A stretch of DNA of 64,000 nt, taken from assembly GCA_963816395.1 (NCBI GenBank), contig CAWFKQ010000007.1, forward strand, positions 192,001-256,000, in the 5' to 3' direction. Each line of letters opens with the position of its first letter. Positions within the stretch are counted from its first letter, which is position 1. Origin of the DNA: an uncultured delta proteobacterium (GTDB lineage: Bacteria; Desulfobacterota; Desulfuromonadia; Desulfuromonadales; JACZKF01). The translations under genes and the position numbers were made by a program. The notes under the pieces were generated by a model. That model saw only the letters and a program-made list of their open reading frames with translations, did not search any database and was not told where the DNA came from. Positions 63,061-64,000 of the stretch are shown here, in pieces.

Positions 63061-63800
63061 TTAGTCAAGATCTCCCAGGGCAAACTGGACGAGGGCGGCA
63101 CCGATGATTGCCGCGGTTTCAGTACGCAGCAGGCGCGGCCCGACGGAAATTGGAAGGAAACCGAGCCGGCGGGCATCTTCCAACTCTTCGGTGGCGAATC
63201 CCCCTTCCGGGCCGACCAATAGGGCAACCCGACGGGGGCTTTCCCCCCGCAACGCCTCACGCACCCCCCAGGATTCTCCACCCTCGAAGAGCATCAGCTT
63301 GAGGTCGGCGCCGGCAGCCCGGTAGGTTGCCTCATCCCAGGAAACGACCGGATAGAGTTCAGGGAGAACCGCCCGGCGGCACTGCTTTGCCGCCCGCAGC
63401 ACCACGTCCGGCCAGCGATGCGACTTCTTCTGTCCGGCGTCCCTTTCCTCCAGCGTGGCGGAACGGTGTGAGACAAAAGGGATCACCCGAGCGACCCCGA
63501 GTTCTGTGAGCTTCTGCAGAATGAGCTCAAAGCGCTCCTTCTCCGGCAGTGCCTGGTAGACCTCGATGACCAACGGACTTTCCGGCGGCCGGGCGAAACG
63601 CTGGAAGGGGATGACCACGGCCTGTTGCGGGCCGAGTTCGGTCAGGCGGGCACGGTAGAAGACCTGTTCGGGATCGACAACGGTAACTACTTCGCCGGGA
63701 CGGGCTCGCCAGCGCGCCAGGGAGGCGAGGGACACCAGGTTGATCGGCCGCTCCAGCCTGGGCACCGCGGGCAGGCGGAGCAGGCTTTCCGGGCCGCCAT
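63061..63800 (-). CDS. rsmE: 16S rRNA m3U1498 methyltransferase family (start uncertain)
   Basis: QKLTELGV, AAKQCRR, VGPEGGF and LLRTETA motifs. Confidence 0.88.
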
Positions 63801-63802
63801 CG

Positions 63803-64000
63803 TTAACGCATTCCGGGGGCAAAGCCGGCCTCCCGGTACTGGACGAACCGGCGCCGGGCATCAGCAGCGAGTTCAGCGTCGTAGATCTCGGCAAAATCGA
63901 TGACGTGCTCGAATTGTCGGATGAAGTCAAAGGAGCACGGCTTACCCATGATCAGCACCCGGGCGCCGTTGGGGTTGCGCTCACAACTGCCGATCACCAC
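63803..64000 (-). CDS. holC: DNA polymerase III chi subunit, 3' part (runs off the window)
   Basis: FEHVIDF...D.....ARRRF..YREAG resembles the chi C-terminus. Confidence 0.7.
   Translation of the reverse strand: MVIGSCERNPNGARVLIMGKPCSFDFIRQFEHVIDFAEIYDAELAADARRRFVQYREAGFAPGMR

Overview
GC-rich bacterial chromosome segment, most consistent with a Desulfuromonadales/Geobacterales deltaproteobacterium (inferred from gene content and order). Most of it is housekeeping backbone: tgt, xth-rlpA-accA-dnaE-maf, guaBA, miaB, typA, dut, pnp-rpsO-truB-rbfA-infB-nusA-rimP, rlmD, trmJ-like, rsmE-like and holC. Two accessory blocks interrupt it. The first (about 2.3-11.0 kb) holds an MDR oxidoreductase, a RES-Xre toxin-antitoxin pair, EamA, LysR, a Tat metallophosphoesterase-CuA cupredoxin-Mo oxidoreductase operon and a VOC gene. 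The second (about 33.6-43.8 kb) holds general-stress genes, an Fpg/Nei relic, Ku and a BRCT-HTH-TPR gene. I recognised no tRNA, rRNA, CRISPR array, integrase or transposase. There are two best candidates for an undescribed system, both inferred. (1) A WYL regulator sits upstream of a GTGAC-N7-GTCAC palindrome with PafBC-like promoter spacing. That promoter precedes a 149-aa orphan with a QLELPL beta-clamp-like motif and a C-terminal Ala-Ala, just upstream of maf-dnaE. (2) Ku is translationally coupled not to LigD but to a BRCT + MerR-like HTH + QFFLDF + TPR protein, downstream of an internally deleted Fpg/Nei gene. Many conserved genes, including infB, pnp and typA, carry 1-2 nt indels that are probably read or assembly errors. 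A family of intergenic heptanucleotide repeat arrays is scattered through the window.
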